Notes: a model not told the origin generated them from the letters alone. Counted from the first letter of the stretch, positions 10,814 through 21,500 are shown. The stretch is DNA of 64,000 nt from an uncultured Nitrospiraceae bacterium (GCA_963846575.1 CAWJWJ010000001.1:480001-544000), one strand, 5' to 3'. Made by a program: numbers and translations.

Positions 10814-13413
10814 GCCCGATGACTTTGCGGAGACGCGCCTCGATTAACCGGTTCAAGTTTGGCCGCAATTTTATCGAAGACATAAGCCTCGATAAAGTCT
10901 CCTGACTTGAGATCGTTAAAATTCTCGACCGTGATGCCGCACTCATACCCCTGCTGCACTTCTCGCACGTCGTCCTTGAAGCGCCGGAGGGAGCCCAACT
11001 TCCCGTCATATACGACCACGCTATCTCGAATCACGCGCACTCCGACACTCGTGCGGGAGATTACCCCATCCACCACGTAACATCCGGCCACGAGCCCGGC
11101 TTTCGGGATCGTAAACATCTGCCTGACCTCGGCCCGGCCCAGAATGCGCTCCTTGAGCATCGGCTCGAGCATTCCTTCCATAGCCGCGCGAATATCGTTC
11201 AGCGCATCGTAGATAATGCTGTAGAGGCGGACATCGACACCTTCGCGTTCCGCCAGCGCGGACGCTTTGGGCTCCGGGCGAATATTGAATCCGATCACGA
11301 TCGCCTTGGAGGCAGCCGCCAGCAGAACATCGGTTTCAGTAATACCCCCTACCCCGCTGTGCATAACTCGCAACTTCACGGCACCGACTGGCATCTTTTC
11401 AACCGCGGAAGCCAAGGCTTCAGCGGACCCTTGCACATCGGCCTTGATCACGATGGGCAATTCTTTGACGTTGCCCTCCTGAATCTTGGCAAACAAATCG
11501 TCCAAGCTGATCTTCGCGGGACCGGCCAGGTCTGCGGCGCGCTGCTTCATCGCACGCTCCTGGGCAATCTCTCGAGCGACGCGCTCATCTTTCACAATGG
11601 TAAAGAGATCGCCGGCACCCGGGACGCCCGGCAACCCAATGACTTCCACCGGAACAGATGGTCCGGCCTCGGATGTCTTACGCCCCGTATCGGTAACCAG
11701 CGCCCTCACGCGGCCACTGAACGTTCCCACCACAAAGGCATCCCCGACATGCAGCGTTCCGCTCTGGACTAACACCGTGGCTACCGGTCCACGGCCCCGG
11801 TCCAGCTTCGCTTCAATGACGAGCCCCTTAGCCATTCGGGAGGGATCCGCTTTTAATTCCAAGACCTCCGCCTGCAACAACACCATTTCCAGGAGTTGAT
11901 CGAGCCCAGTCCGCTGCTTGGCAGACACTTCGACCATAATGGTGTCTCCACCCCAAGGCTCGGGAATCAAGCCATGCTCGGTCAGGGCATTCTTAACTCG
12001 GTCAACATTGGATCCTGGCTTATCGACCTTGTTGATAGCTACGATGAGCGGCACGCCGGCGGCCTTCGCGTGATGGATGGCCTCCACTGTTTGCGGCATG
12101 ACACCATCGTCGGCAGCGACAACGAGAATCACGATGTCCGTCGCCTTCGCTCCCCGAGCCCGCATAGCCGTGAAGGCTTCGTGGCCCGGCGTATCGAGAA
12201 ATGTCACCTGCTTGCCACGAACGCCCACAATGTAGGCGCCGATATGCTGAGTGATGCCTCCAGCCTCTCCTTCCGCCACCTTCGTTTCCCGAATAGCATC
12301 GAGCAAGGAAGTTTTCCCATGGTCGACGTGCCCCATGATCGTCACGACCGGCGGACGCAGGACTGCATGCTCTTCACCCGTCGATTGGGCGGCCTCTTCC
12401 AGTAATTCATCGCCAACCTTTTCCGTCGAGACCTCTACTCTGGCTCCATATTCCTCAGCAATCAACGACGCGGCTTCCAGATTAATCGACTGATTAAAGG
12501 TCACCATCTGGCCCATCTCCATCAGCTTCCGGACGATGTCGGCCGGCCGTTGACCGATGAGTTCCGCGAATTCCTTGACACTCACTCCTGCGCTCAGTTT
12601 CACGCTTTTCTTTCTCGGCTTAGTGACTTCCGTTGGTGAGGCATGGTGAATATGCTTCGAACGATCCTCTCGCCGCTGCACCGGAATTGCTCGCAGGTCG
12701 CCCCATCGAGTGGCATCGTTTTTGAACTTCGCTTCGTCTTCTTCCCGCGTGCGCGGTGCCTTTTTGCCCTTTTTCAGCTTCTCGCGCGCGGCCGCCTCGC
12801 TCTCGAGGGCCTCCGCGGCCGCACTCTTCTTCTTCGCCGCTGTAAGCGCGTCGACAGGAGGTGGCACGGCTAATGGTGCCGGGTCTGGCTTTCCGGGGGA
12901 TTCCGGCGGGAGCGCAACAATGGAAGGCTCTGACTCCACTTCCTCGGAGGTGACAGGTTCAGCCGGAGTCGTCGCAACGATTTCATCCCCCTGATCCCCC
13001 GCGGGTCCGGCCACTGGGACGTCGGTCGACGATACCGCAGGATGTGCTGCCGCAAAAGCCGCCTCTGCTGCCGCGAGCGGCGCAAGAGCATCTTCAGCGC
13101 CTTCCTCTCGTTTCTTCTTAATGAGAATCCGTTTCTTGTCCGGCTTCTGAGGCTCTTCGTGCATGACCGCATGGCCGCGCTCGTGAGAGGCACCTGGCTC
13201 CTTTGACGAACGGAGCCCCTTCTTGGACTCATGTCCGCTGGCGCCGCCTTCTCCCGACCGCACCTTAGGACCTACCCTCTCCAGCACGATTCGAACCGAA
13301 TCCTCATCCAAGGCGCTACTGTGGGACGCCACCGGAATCCCGAGCCGTTTCAGTTCAGGTATCAACTCCCGATTTTCCATCCCCAGCTGCTTTGCTAATT
13401 CGTACACCCGCAT
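10810..13413 (-). CDS. infB: Translation initiation factor IF-2
   Basis: MRVYELAK N-terminus, [37 protein letters not shown]. Confidence 0.99.
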   Translation of the reverse strand: MRVYELAKQLGMENRELIPELKRLGIPVASHSSALDEDSVRIVLERVGPKVRSGEGGASGHESKKGLRSSKEPGASHERGHAVMHEEPQKPDKKRILIKKKREEGAEDALAPLAAAEAAFAAAHPAVSSTDVPVAGPAGDQGDEIVATTPAEPVTSEEVESEPSIVALPPESPGKPDPAPLAVPPPVDALTAAKKKSAAAEALESEAAAREKLKKGKKAPRTREEDEAKFKNDATRWGDLRAIPVQRREDRSKHIHHASPTEVTKPRKKSVKLSAGVSVKEFAELIGQRPADIVRKLMEMGQMVTFNQSINLEAASLIAEEYGARVEVSTEKVGDELLEEAAQSTGEEHAVLRPPVVTIMGHVDHGKTSLLDAIRETKVAEGEAGGITQHIGAYIVGVRGKQVTFLDTPGHEAFTAMRARGAKATDIVILVVAADDGVMPQTVEAIHHAKAAGVPLIVAINKVDKPGSNVDRVKNALTEHGLIPEPWGGDTIMVEVSAKQRTGLDQLLEMVLLQAEVLELKADPSRMAKGLVIEAKLDRGRGPVATVLVQSGTLHVGDAFVVGTFSGRVRALVTDTGRKTSEAGPSVPVEVIGLPGVPGAGDLFTIVKDERVAREIAQERAMKQRAADLAGPAKISLDDLFAKIQEGNVKELPIVIKADVQGSAEALASAVEKMPVGAVKLRVMHSGVGGITETDVLLAAASKAIVIGFNIRPEPKASALAEREGVDVRLYSIIYDALNDIRAAMEGMLEPMLKERILGRAEVRQMFTIPKAGLVAGCYVVDGVISRTSVGVRVIRDSVVVYDGKLGSLRRFKDDVREVQQGYECGITVENFNDLKSGDFIEAYVFDKIAAKLEPVNRGASPQSHRA

Positions 13414-13476
13414 ACAGTACCGCTTAGCTCCACCCGCTTAGATAATTGCCATTCAGCCCATGCATAATGAGCCGCT

Positions 13477-14616
13477 TCAGTCCGCCTGTTGTGCCGCAGC
13501 CCGCGCTTCGTCCTGCTGGCGCTGCGCCTCGGTCTCTTCCGCCAGGGCCGCCTTAATATCTCGATCCCGCTCCGCCTTTTCCTTCTCGTATTCGGTCGCG
13601 CTGATGATGTCGATCTTCCAGCCGGTCAACCGCGCAGCCAGCCGCACATTTTGCCCGTTCTTTCCAATCGCCAAAGAGAGCTGCGAATCCGCCACGACAA
13701 CCAACGCCGACTTCTTTTCCTCGTCGATTCCCACCTTTTCAATGGTGGCAGGATTCAGCGCCTCCGCAATAAACACGCGGGGATCCTGGGTCCATGTGAT
13801 GATGTCGATCTTCTCACCGCGCAACTCACGTACCACGGCCTGCACCCGAGACCCCTTGATACCGACACAGGCCCCCACCGGGTCTACCGCCTTATCGCGC
13901 GACGAGACAGCGATTTTGGTTCGATCGCCAGGCTCACGGACGATCGACTTGATTTCTACAATTTTTTCTCCCACCTCGGGAACTTCGAGCTCAAACATTT
14001 TCGCCACGAACTGCGGATGGCTGCGCGAAAGGATGACCTGCACGTCCTTGGGCGTGCGACGCACCTCCAAGAGCAAGGCCTTCACCCGGTCCCCCCTGCG
14101 GTAAGTTTCGCGCGGAATCTGCTCCTGTATAGGCAGGATTGCCTCTGTCTTGCCCAGGTCAACCAGGAAATTTCGCCGCTCCATGCCCAGAATGATACCG
14201 TTGACTAGGTCTCCCTGACGCGTCGAATATTCTTTTTGAACCGCTTCCCACTCGGCCTCTCGCACCTTTTGGAAAATAACCTGCTTCGCTGTTTGGGCGG
14301 CAATGCGGCCCAACTCGTCCATTTCGATCAAGGAGCCGATCTCATCGCCCACTTCCGCCCCTTCGTCATACAGTCGCGCTTCCTTCAAAGAGATCTCAGC
14401 CTTCGGATTCGCCACCGTATCGACAATGATTTTTTTCGAAACAACCGAGATCTCCCCCGTTTTGCCATCGATCTCCACCTGGATGTTTTCGGCCTGGCCG
14501 AATCGTTTCTTGGCAGCCGTTTGGAGCGCCGACTCGATCGCGCCAATGACCCTGGCCTTATCGATCCCCTTTTGACGACCGATCTCATCAATGACTGCGA
14601 TCAATTCTCGGTTCAT
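13477..14616 (-). CDS. nusA: Transcription factor NusA
   Basis: GRIAAQTAKQV, EVPE, REPGDRTK, AIGKNGQNVRLA. Confidence 0.99.
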   Translation of the reverse strand: MNRELIAVIDEIGRQKGIDKARVIGAIESALQTAAKKRFGQAENIQVEIDGKTGEISVVSKKIIVDTVANPKAEISLKEARLYDEGAEVGDEIGSLIEMDELGRIAAQTAKQVIFQKVREAEWEAVQKEYSTRQGDLVNGIILGMERRNFLVDLGKTEAILPIQEQIPRETYRRGDRVKALLLEVRRTPKDVQVILSRSHPQFVAKMFELEVPEVGEKIVEIKSIVREPGDRTKIAVSSRDKAVDPVGACVGIKGSRVQAVVRELRGEKIDIITWTQDPRVFIAEALNPATIEKVGIDEEKKSALVVVADSQLSLAIGKNGQNVRLAARLTGWKIDIISATEYEKEKAERDRDIKAALAEETEAQRQQDEARAAAQQAD

Positions 14617-14661
14617 AACTCGTACCTCATCGTTTACACATCACCCTGGCAGGCTCGGCCG

Positions 14662-15180
14662 TTAAGAAAATTCCACTTTCCGTCGCGCCACGGTAATCTG
14701 ATCAAATTCAATTCGAATGGTTTCCGTCGTCTTTTTTTGTTGAACCGCGAGCGTCACGGCACGGTCTTCAACTTCAACTACTGTTCCGATAATCCGCCAT
14801 TGTGCCTGTATTGGCTCGCGCAGCTTGAGATTCACAGGCTGACCGATCAGGCGCCGATAATCTTGCGCTCCACGCAGAGGACGGTCCAGGCCTGGCGACG
14901 ATACTTCCAGGGTGTAGGCATGAGGGAAGGGATCAATCACATCGAGTGCCGGACTTAGCGAGCGATGCGCCTGCTCACAATCCGTCAGTGTGATTCCTCC
15001 CGGTTTGTCGATAAAGACACGGATGACCGTTCGTGGGCCCTGGCCAACACAAACAGCCTCGACCAACTCCAAACCATGGGACTGCAAGATCGGGGCTGCG
15101 ATCTCCTGCACACGCAGGTTTAGAGTCTCAGCACGTTTCACTGAGGGCTTGCCTGCAGAGACTGCTCCCACTTCACCCAT
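14662..15180 (-). CDS. rimP: Ribosome maturation factor RimP
   Basis: IDKPGGITLTDC, YTLEVSSPGLDRPL; ATG at 15180 (alternative TTG at 15186). Confidence 0.97.
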   Translation of the reverse strand: MGEVGAVSAGKPSVKRAETLNLRVQEIAAPILQSHGLELVEAVCVGQGPRTVIRVFIDKPGGITLTDCEQAHRSLSPALDVIDPFPHAYTLEVSSPGLDRPLRGAQDYRRLIGQPVNLKLREPIQAQWRIIGTVVEVEDRAVTLAVQQKKTTETIRIEFDQITVARRKVEFS

Positions 15181-15184
15181 AGAC

Positions 15185-15225
15185 AAAAAAGAAGCTCAAA
15201 CAAAAAAGTGGGCCTGGGCCCACTT
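15185..15225 (-). promoter_or_regulatory. rimP leader attenuator-like hairpin with U tract
   Basis: Minus strand AAGTGGGCC-CA-GGCCCACTT then T-rich run, between promoter and rimP start. Confidence 0.65.
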
Positions 15226-15236
15226 ACAGCGCGGCA

Positions 15237-15265
15237 ACAATACCATGCCATATTAATGAAAGCAA
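15237..15265 (-). promoter_or_regulatory. sigma70 promoter of the rimP-nusA-infB operon
   Basis: TTGCTT-17 bp-TATTGT with extended -10 TG. Confidence 0.6.
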
Positions 15266-15272
15266 GGGGCCG

Positions 15273-16112
15273 CTACCCGATCAAGGCCTCCCATCTGTCA
15301 GACATGAGTCGTGACACTGCGCCGGGCATCCCGCCCCCGATACTCTGCCCGTCGATCCGGACGACGGGCAACACTTCAACCGTCGTTCCCGTCAAGAAGA
15401 CTTCCGAGGCCGTGAGTAAGTCTTCCCGACTGATAAAATTTTCCGAAATAGAAAGCCCTTCCTTCCTCGCCAATTCCAGAATGAGAGACCGGGTAACGCC
15501 GGAAAGGATTCTGTTGCCCTCAGGGGCGGTCTGGATGCCACCTTTTCGTACTACGACGACATTGCTCACGGATCCCTCGGTCACCAGGCCATCCCGTACT
15601 AAAATCGCTTCGAATGCCCCGGCTTCTTTTGCACGCTGACGCGCCAGCACATTCGCCAGCAGATTGACACTCTTGATATCACAGCGCCCCCAACGAATAT
15701 CCTCGACCGTGATGGCCGACACCCCGGCGTTACGAACAGATGCATCAAGTGGCCGGAACTCTCGAAAGGTGAGGACCGTGGTCGGATCGAGATTCTCGGG
15801 GAAGGGATGATCACGAGGGGCGCGCCCCCTCGTGATCTGCAGGTAGATCTTCGCCTCGCGGAAGCCGCTTAAGCGCAGACCTTCCCGTATCAGCGAGGCC
15901 CACTGCGCCGGCGTGCGCCCAGGTGAAAGCCGCAGGGCATGCGCACTTCGTTCCAGTCTCGCCAGATGTGCCTCGACGGCGAAGGGTTGCCCGCGATACG
16001 TGCGAATGACCTCGTAGACACCGTCACCGAACTGAAACCCTCGATCCTCCACGCTGACAACGGCTTCTGATAGCGGACCGAAGTCACCATTCACATAGGC
16101 AATGTCAGGCAT
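15273..16112 (-). CDS. dat: D-amino-acid transaminase (PLP class IV)
   Basis: EDRGFQFGDGVYEV, RWGRCDIKSVNLL, ILSGVTR. Confidence 0.9.
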   Translation of the reverse strand: MPDIAYVNGDFGPLSEAVVSVEDRGFQFGDGVYEVIRTYRGQPFAVEAHLARLERSAHALRLSPGRTPAQWASLIREGLRLSGFREAKIYLQITRGRAPRDHPFPENLDPTTVLTFREFRPLDASVRNAGVSAITVEDIRWGRCDIKSVNLLANVLARQRAKEAGAFEAILVRDGLVTEGSVSNVVVVRKGGIQTAPEGNRILSGVTRSLILELARKEGLSISENFISREDLLTASEVFLTGTTVEVLPVVRIDGQSIGGGMPGAVSRLMSDRWEALIG

Positions 16113-16137
16113 GTCGAAGTCCCAGAGTCACTCTTGG

Positions 16138-16470
16138 TTAGGATACAGTCACATAATAAATCTGCCGGTCTTCAGCCGTAAATTTCCAACCCATGCGCTT
16201 TTCGAACACCAGACGGTGAGTCCCGCTCGCCACCGCCTTGAATTCGAACATGCGTTGCCCGTTGTCCACAGCGTTATTACTGGCGATGCGAAGAAAGTCG
16301 TCTTCCACAAGGGGCATGACCGTGGCGTCATAAACAGGCACCCACTGCTCCCCCCTCGTCCGATCCTCCCACAAATGAATGTGAACGGAAGTGCCCAGTC
16401 GCGCAGTGAGCGTTTTGGCCCCCGCCTCCTGCTCAGTTCCTGTCGGCACAGCCTTACTCGATGGACTCAT
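16138..16470 (-). CDS. Chagasin/I42 protease-inhibitor-like Ig-fold protein
   Basis: IHLWEDRTRGEQW resembles LxxNPTTGYxW; FEFKAVASGT; KRMGW resembles RPW. Confidence 0.6.
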   Translation of the reverse strand: MSPSSKAVPTGTEQEAGAKTLTARLGTSVHIHLWEDRTRGEQWVPVYDATVMPLVEDDFLRIASNNAVDNGQRMFEFKAVASGTHRLVFEKRMGWKFTAEDRQIYYVTVS

Positions 16471-16510
16471 AGACCTTCTCTCAGCGTTTACGACTTACCA
16501 GTCAGCGGGG

Positions 16511-16849
16511 TTAGACCTTCCGCCGTCCCCCGACAAACACCTGCCCTTCCTCAACCCGCACATCATAACTACCGACGCAATACCCTCCGCCGTCTGTCCC
16601 TTGACCATTTCGAACATCGAACGCCAGGTCATGCCAGGGACAGGACACGACGTGCCCCTTCACACGACCCTTGTTCAAAGGGCCGCCTTCATGAGGACAG
16701 GCGTTGTAAATGGCGTGAAAGTGCCCCTCGATATTAAACACCGCGATGGCCCGCTCATTGACTTTCACCACCCTGACTTGGCCGGGGGGGATATCCTCAA
16801 CCTTGGCCACACATTGAAACCCTTCCATAAGCAACTCCGATTTCCTCAC
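16511..16849 (-). CDS. Small Rieske [2Fe-2S] ferredoxin (NirD-like fold)
   Basis: CPHEGGPL and CPWH ligands; start may be ATG 16828. Confidence 0.93.
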   Translation of the reverse strand: MRKSELLMEGFQCVAKVEDIPPGQVRVVKVNERAIAVFNIEGHFHAIYNACPHEGGPLNKGRVKGHVVSCPWHDLAFDVRNGQGTDGGGYCVGSYDVRVEEGQVFVGGRRKV

Positions 16850-17343
16850 ATACGAAGCGTAAACTTGAGTTCCATTCCCGCTGCAATACCTTCACGACGG
16901 ATATAGCCCGCCTCGGTTTCGATCAAGTAGCGAACCGGCTCTGGCGGTGGTCCATACAGTGGACACGGATCTTGCTCGCAGGGCGGCACCTGCTCCAACA
17001 TATGCACCACGTGGTGGCTCTCATCAATCCAGAGCATATCAACCGGAATACGAAACTGCTTGGTCCGAACTCGATGCAAACCGGTCGACTCAAAGATATA
17101 AAGCATCCCCGTGTCTGCTGGCAATCCTTCACGGAAGGCCAGACCGAACAGCAACTTCTCAGGCGTACTAGCCACCTCGGTCTCCAGAATCTTTCCGTTG
17201 GGAAATTCCACAATAATGAGTTCGGACTCCTTCGGCCCTCCGAGAAACAGGCTCACGCTGATCAGCAGAATGACCAGAAGAACAAACGTCACAATTTTCT
17301 TGCGACGCTGTTCCGATTGCGATCCGGACGCTGTCTTCACCAT
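16846..17343 (-). CDS. DUF192 membrane-anchored protein
   Basis: N-terminal TM, EVASTP...GLAFR...GMLYIF, PPCEQDPCPLY, YLIE. Confidence 0.88.
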   Translation of the reverse strand: MVKTASGSQSEQRRKKIVTFVLLVILLISVSLFLGGPKESELIIVEFPNGKILETEVASTPEKLLFGLAFREGLPADTGMLYIFESTGLHRVRTKQFRIPVDMLWIDESHHVVHMLEQVPPCEQDPCPLYGPPPEPVRYLIETEAGYIRREGIAAGMELKFTLRM

Positions 17344-17466
17344 ACCAAAACGCCAGTCAACACTGATGCATCCTCATAGATGTCGCATGCGCAGAGCCGC
17401 ATGTATATTGGGCCCAAAGCCCCATGACTTTCAGAGCCCTAGGCCTTCTTCCCAGGGGCGGATCTG

Positions 17467-17496
17467 TTGACTTGCCCGAGAATCGCAGCTTAGAAT
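17467..17496 (+). promoter_or_regulatory. sigma70 promoter for ferredoxin gene
   Basis: TTGACT-18 bp-TAGAAT. Confidence 0.6.
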
Positions 17497-17585
17497 GCGA
17501 TCCTGTTTCGTCACGGACTATGGTCGTGGCGGTACGAAATTGTCAACATCTTATCCGTCATTAAGGAATTGAGGAGGCACAGGCC

Positions 17586-17933
17586 ATGGCGCTTCTGATC
17601 ACCGATGAATGTATTTCCTGCGGGGCATGTCTGCCAGAATGTCCCAATGAGGCGATCTTCGAAACCCGAAGCGATGCCGAAGGCAAAGGCAACCATGTCG
17701 GCGACGGCCAGGGAGTCGGCGACAATATTTATGTCATCACTCATGATCGCTGCACCGAGTGCGTCGGGCACTTTGACGAACCCCAGTGCGCAGCTGTCTG
17801 CCCCGTGGACAATTGCTGCATAGCGGATCCAGCCTACCCTGAAACGACTGATGTGTTGCTGGAGAAGGCTAAAACGTTGAATCCGGACAAAGAGATCGAT
17901 GCCGCCAAGGTCTGGAGTGGCGTTCGCAACTAA
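17586..17933 (+). CDS. YfhL-family 2[4Fe-4S] ferredoxin
   Basis: CISCGACLPECP and CTECVGHFDEPQCAAVCP; GAGGAGG RBS. Confidence 0.96.
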   Translation: MALLITDECISCGACLPECPNEAIFETRSDAEGKGNHVGDGQGVGDNIYVITHDRCTECVGHFDEPQCAAVCPVDNCCIADPAYPETTDVLLEKAKTLNPDKEIDAAKVWSGVRN

Positions 17934-17963
17934 CCACACTCACGACATCTTCACTGTAGACCA

Positions 17964-17994
17964 CGAAGGCTCCTCCGGGAGCCTTCGCCGTTTC
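17964..17994 (+). terminator. Intrinsic terminator after ferredoxin
   Basis: CGAAGGCTCC-TCCG-GGAGCCTTCG 10-bp stem then CCGTTTCT. Confidence 0.65.
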
Positions 17995-18173
17995 TGCACC
18001 AGGCCGCTAGGTTCGCCGCATAGATGAACGGATTGGTCATTCTAGCTTTCGCCGACTGGCCGCAGTAGACTTTATGGCAGTACGTAGCGCTGGTGCGCTG
18101 AGCAAGGATGCGGATCAATCTTCGCCTTGCGGCATTGCTCCAGCCTTCTCCACCCTCTCATCTGGAGGTACCC

Positions 18174-18509
18174 ATGACGCGCTTTCTTCCGTTGATCCTG
18201 ATTGGATGCCTTACCAGCATTTTTCTCCCCGCCCAGACGAATGCACGTACCATCGATATTGGTGCGATCATCGAGACTTTTGTCCTGAAGCAGTTTCCTG
18301 ACGCGGCCAGCCACTTTTGGATCGTGAATGAAACTCAGTGGGATGGGGATGAGATGGTGGTTGATGTCGCCGCGATCATTACGGATCGCCGGAAGACCGA
18401 ACCCACCGCAAGCCGGTTTCTTCTGTTGATCGTAGCCGGAAACCTCAAAGGGTCACAGAGTATTCCTATGGATACGTCGGCGGAGTGCAAGCCGGAACAG
18501 GAGACCTGA
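18174..18509 (+). CDS. Small exported hypothetical protein
   Basis: GGAGG RBS before ATG 18174; signal peptide MTRFLPLILIG...QTNA. Confidence 0.7.
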   Translation: MTRFLPLILIGCLTSIFLPAQTNARTIDIGAIIETFVLKQFPDAASHFWIVNETQWDGDEMVVDVAAIITDRRKTEPTASRFLLLIVAGNLKGSQSIPMDTSAECKPEQET

Positions 18510-18546
18510 AAGTTCTTGCGTGAGCCACGCAGCTTCCCTGGAAACG

Positions 18547-18584
18547 ACTACGCCCCGCCTGCAGCGATGCAGGCGGGGCGTAGT
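18547..18584. terminator. 17-bp perfect hairpin between convergent genes
   Basis: ACTACGCCCCGCCTGCA-GCGA-TGCAGGCGGGGCGTAGT. Confidence 0.7.
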
Positions 18585-18608
18585 GCTGTGCGAAATATGA
18601 CGGATCGA

Positions 18609-19088
18609 CTACTTAATCATCACAATCTTGCCACCGACATGAGCCGGGTGCAAATGGCAACGATAGTTCAACGTATTGCCCTGCGTCGCATAAAACATGT
18701 CGCTGGTCGGAACACCAATATACTTCGTTTCGCCTGGCTTTAATACTACTTCGGCCTTCATCACAAACGGTGAACCTGCGTTGGTCGCGTCGGTCATCTG
18801 GAATCCATGCTCGGCGGAAGAGCTGTTCGTGACTTTGAGTACGACAGGGCGGCCGGGCCGAACTTTGAAATCAATGACGGTGACTGGCGGATACCAGGCC
18901 TTCAAACTGCCGATTTCCACGGCATACAACTCCCCATCCACGATCAATTCCTTAAACGCCTGGCCAACAACCGACCCGGTCTCAAGATCGCCGATTTCAA
19001 CGCCGCCAGCCTGCAGCGCATATGCGCTAGACGCCCCAGCCACTAATACGACCAGGCCAAAAAATACTGCTACCATCGTCTTACCCAT
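18609..19088 (-). CDS. Periplasmic cupredoxin-domain protein, nitrosocyanin-like
   Basis: Signal peptide; VTN...EHGF, LKPGETK, YRCHLHPAHVGG copper loop. Confidence 0.88.
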   Translation of the reverse strand: MGKTMVAVFFGLVVLVAGASSAYALQAGGVEIGDLETGSVVGQAFKELIVDGELYAVEIGSLKAWYPPVTVIDFKVRPGRPVVLKVTNSSSAEHGFQMTDATNAGSPFVMKAEVVLKPGETKYIGVPTSDMFYATQGNTLNYRCHLHPAHVGGKIVMIK

Positions 19089-19239
19089 GACCTACCTCCT
19101 TAAAGAGATTAAGAAGAGATGCGATTAGGTTGGTGAATAATGACCACCGCGCTCAGTAACTCCTACCGGACGACCTGCCTCGCAGAACAGCACCTGAACC
19201 TATCAAAAATGTCCTAAATAACAGGCTAATGAGGGACAC

Positions 19240-19269
19240 CTTATAGCATAGGGATTAAAAAGGAAGCAA
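19240..19269 (-). promoter_or_regulatory. sigma70 promoter for cupredoxin gene
   Basis: TTGCTT-18 bp-TATAAG with extended -10 TG. Confidence 0.55.
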
Positions 19270-19363
19270 GAAAGTTTCTTGAGCGTCATCCGCCCCACAT
19301 GGTTCCGTCAACTACCTGAGGTATTCAGATATCTGGACATTAATACTCCATAACTTCAATTAC

Positions 19364-20977
19364 TTATGGCATCGCCTTTCCATCTGGAGACAGTTCAAGA
19401 GTCTGAGAACCTACCAGCAGATCATAAGGAGTGTAATCATCCGTCAATATCAACCCAGTCGGCCATGGTTTCGCTCGTCTTGTCGCCAGCAATGTAGTCG
19501 CTTCAGGTGGTAACCGGCGCGCTTCTACCTGCGTTTGTATGCGGGACACGATCTGGTCATAGGACATGGTGTCGATTGGGGATCCACCCAAAAAAATCAG
19601 ATTCTCCGCCGTCGTTTGATGTGCTCGCCAGGGCCCCTTAACCGCAAACGATTCGACAGTGGGGAAGGAGGTTCTGAGTGTCTGCACTACCGCGCTCGCG
19701 CGCTGAACATCTCCGCCCTCTCCGGATGAGGCCAGATTGAGCGCTATGACGCCATGAGGATTCAGCCTGGCACGGAGTAGCGAGAAAAATTCGACCGTCG
19801 TTAGATGGAACGGGATGAGATGCCGCGCAAACGCATCCACCCAGATCACGTCATAGGTCTCGTGAGTATCTCGCAAAAATACCCGGGCGTCTTTGACAAA
19901 CACATGATGATTGGCCGGCGGCCGATATAGAAAGTACTGCTCCGCCATCTGCACCACGACCGGGTCGAACTCGACGACATCCAACTCCAATTCTGGCCAG
20001 ACCATTGCCAGCCACTTGGCCAGCGACCCGCCACCGTGCCCAAGAATGAGTCCCCGCTTGGGTTCCGGCGCCAACGCCACAGCAGCCACCATGAGCTGAC
20101 TGTATGGCAGGAAGAGTGTCGTGGGATCGGCCCGCCACATCACCGCATGCCACGTACGGTCGAGCACCAGGTAACGAAACAGATCGTCATCACGCACCCG
20201 CACTTGTTGATAGGGGCTATCTTCCTGGTGCACAACGCCGGCGACAACCGGTGCCTGCCCAAAGACATGCCAGCAGATGATGAGCAGACCACTCAAGAAC
20301 AGGCCGGCCAACTTTGTTATCCGCGCGCTTCCCTGCAGTAGCCATAGCAGGCCTAGCAGGACCTGGATTGCGCCCAAAGAGGCAACGAGCGTCTGGGTTC
20401 CTAACCACGAAAGAAGAAAAAAGGCCGTGCCCCAGGTGCCGGCCAAGCTACCCACCGTGGAGAGAGCAATCATGCTGCCGGCGTGGCGGCCCAGATATCC
20501 CATATCCACAACGGCCAAGCGAAGGAGGGCGGGCATCACACCGCTCAACCCGAAGGCAGGTGGGGCCAGTAACACGCAGGCGGCAAGACTCGGTCCCCAT
20601 CGTGGATCTTCAATGGCCCTCGCCACCTTGAGAATCGTCACCTGCCCCATCCAGGACATCAGCAGCGTCCAGGTACCCGAGGCGAGAAGAAGCCAGGTCA
20701 GGACCGCCGCAACGCGATACCGATCCGATGCCCAGCCGCCGAATGCATAACCCGAACTCATGGCGGCCAAAATGACGCCGATCAGTGCTCCCCAGACAAA
20801 CAGCGAGTTGCCGAACACCGGCGCGAGCAGTCGACTCCCTAGAATTTCCAAGGCCATGACAATCGCCCCGGTCACGAGCGCCGTCACAAGCAAATACACA
20901 CGCGGAATCGAAGAGGAGGCCGGTCCCTGTGCCATTATGAACGATAAACCGTGGAAGAGAGGATCGCGGAGCAGCAT
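19364..20977 (-). CDS. Fused membrane domain / spermidine-synthase-like SAM-binding protein
   Basis: MALEILGSRLLAPVFGNS TM region, DSPYQ, ILGHGGG, VVEFDP, WVDAF, LTDDY; start may be slightly downstream. Confidence 0.9.
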   Translation of the reverse strand: MLLRDPLFHGLSFIMAQGPASSSIPRVYLLVTALVTGAIVMALEILGSRLLAPVFGNSLFVWGALIGVILAAMSSGYAFGGWASDRYRVAAVLTWLLLASGTWTLLMSWMGQVTILKVARAIEDPRWGPSLAACVLLAPPAFGLSGVMPALLRLAVVDMGYLGRHAGSMIALSTVGSLAGTWGTAFFLLSWLGTQTLVASLGAIQVLLGLLWLLQGSARITKLAGLFLSGLLIICWHVFGQAPVVAGVVHQEDSPYQQVRVRDDDLFRYLVLDRTWHAVMWRADPTTLFLPYSQLMVAAVALAPEPKRGLILGHGGGSLAKWLAMVWPELELDVVEFDPVVVQMAEQYFLYRPPANHHVFVKDARVFLRDTHETYDVIWVDAFARHLIPFHLTTVEFFSLLRARLNPHGVIALNLASSGEGGDVQRASAVVQTLRTSFPTVESFAVKGPWRAHQTTAENLIFLGGSPIDTMSYDQIVSRIQTQVEARRLPPEATTLLATRRAKPWPTGLILTDDYTPYDLLVGSQTLELSPDGKAMP

Positions 20978-20998
20978 GCAGCGTAATGACGGGTCATC

Positions 20999-21409
20999 TT
21001 ATAACGTTCCCCAGTTTTTGAAGTAGCGCAGCAGATCACGCACCGAAATCATTCCGACTACTCGGCTCTCTTCCGTGACCACAAGGTGTCGAATGCCCCG
21101 TTCAGCCATGAGATCGCTCGCCTCATGCGCCGAGCAGGCGATATCAATCATCATAACCGGCGCACTCATCACTGCCCGGGCCGTGACCTGCTCCGCAATG
21201 GCCCCGCTGGCCATGGCCTTCCGAACGAGATCCGCCTCACTTACGATCCCCACATAGTCGCCCCGCTCAGAAACGAGCATGGCCCCCACACGGGCATCAC
21301 GCAGGTGCCGTGCCACCGTCAGGAGCGTGTCATCGGGGTGCACCGTCCGAGTTATCGGACGCATCATCATCGCCAAGGGTCGTTGGATAGGCCCGCCGGA
21401 CACCGCCAT
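20999..21409 (-). CDS. CBS-domain pair protein
   Basis: VGIVSEADL and VGMISVRDLL; AGGAGGA RBS before ATG 21409. Confidence 0.9.
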   Translation of the reverse strand: MAVSGGPIQRPLAMMMRPITRTVHPDDTLLTVARHLRDARVGAMLVSERGDYVGIVSEADLVRKAMASGAIAEQVTARAVMSAPVMMIDIACSAHEASDLMAERGIRHLVVTEESRVVGMISVRDLLRYFKNWGTL

Positions 21410-21500
21410 TCCTCCTCCTCTCGTGCGAAGAGGGCGAATTCTACTGAAGTATTCCGCAATCTGCAATTCACCCGGTCCTGAGTCGAAACATGCGATTTGA

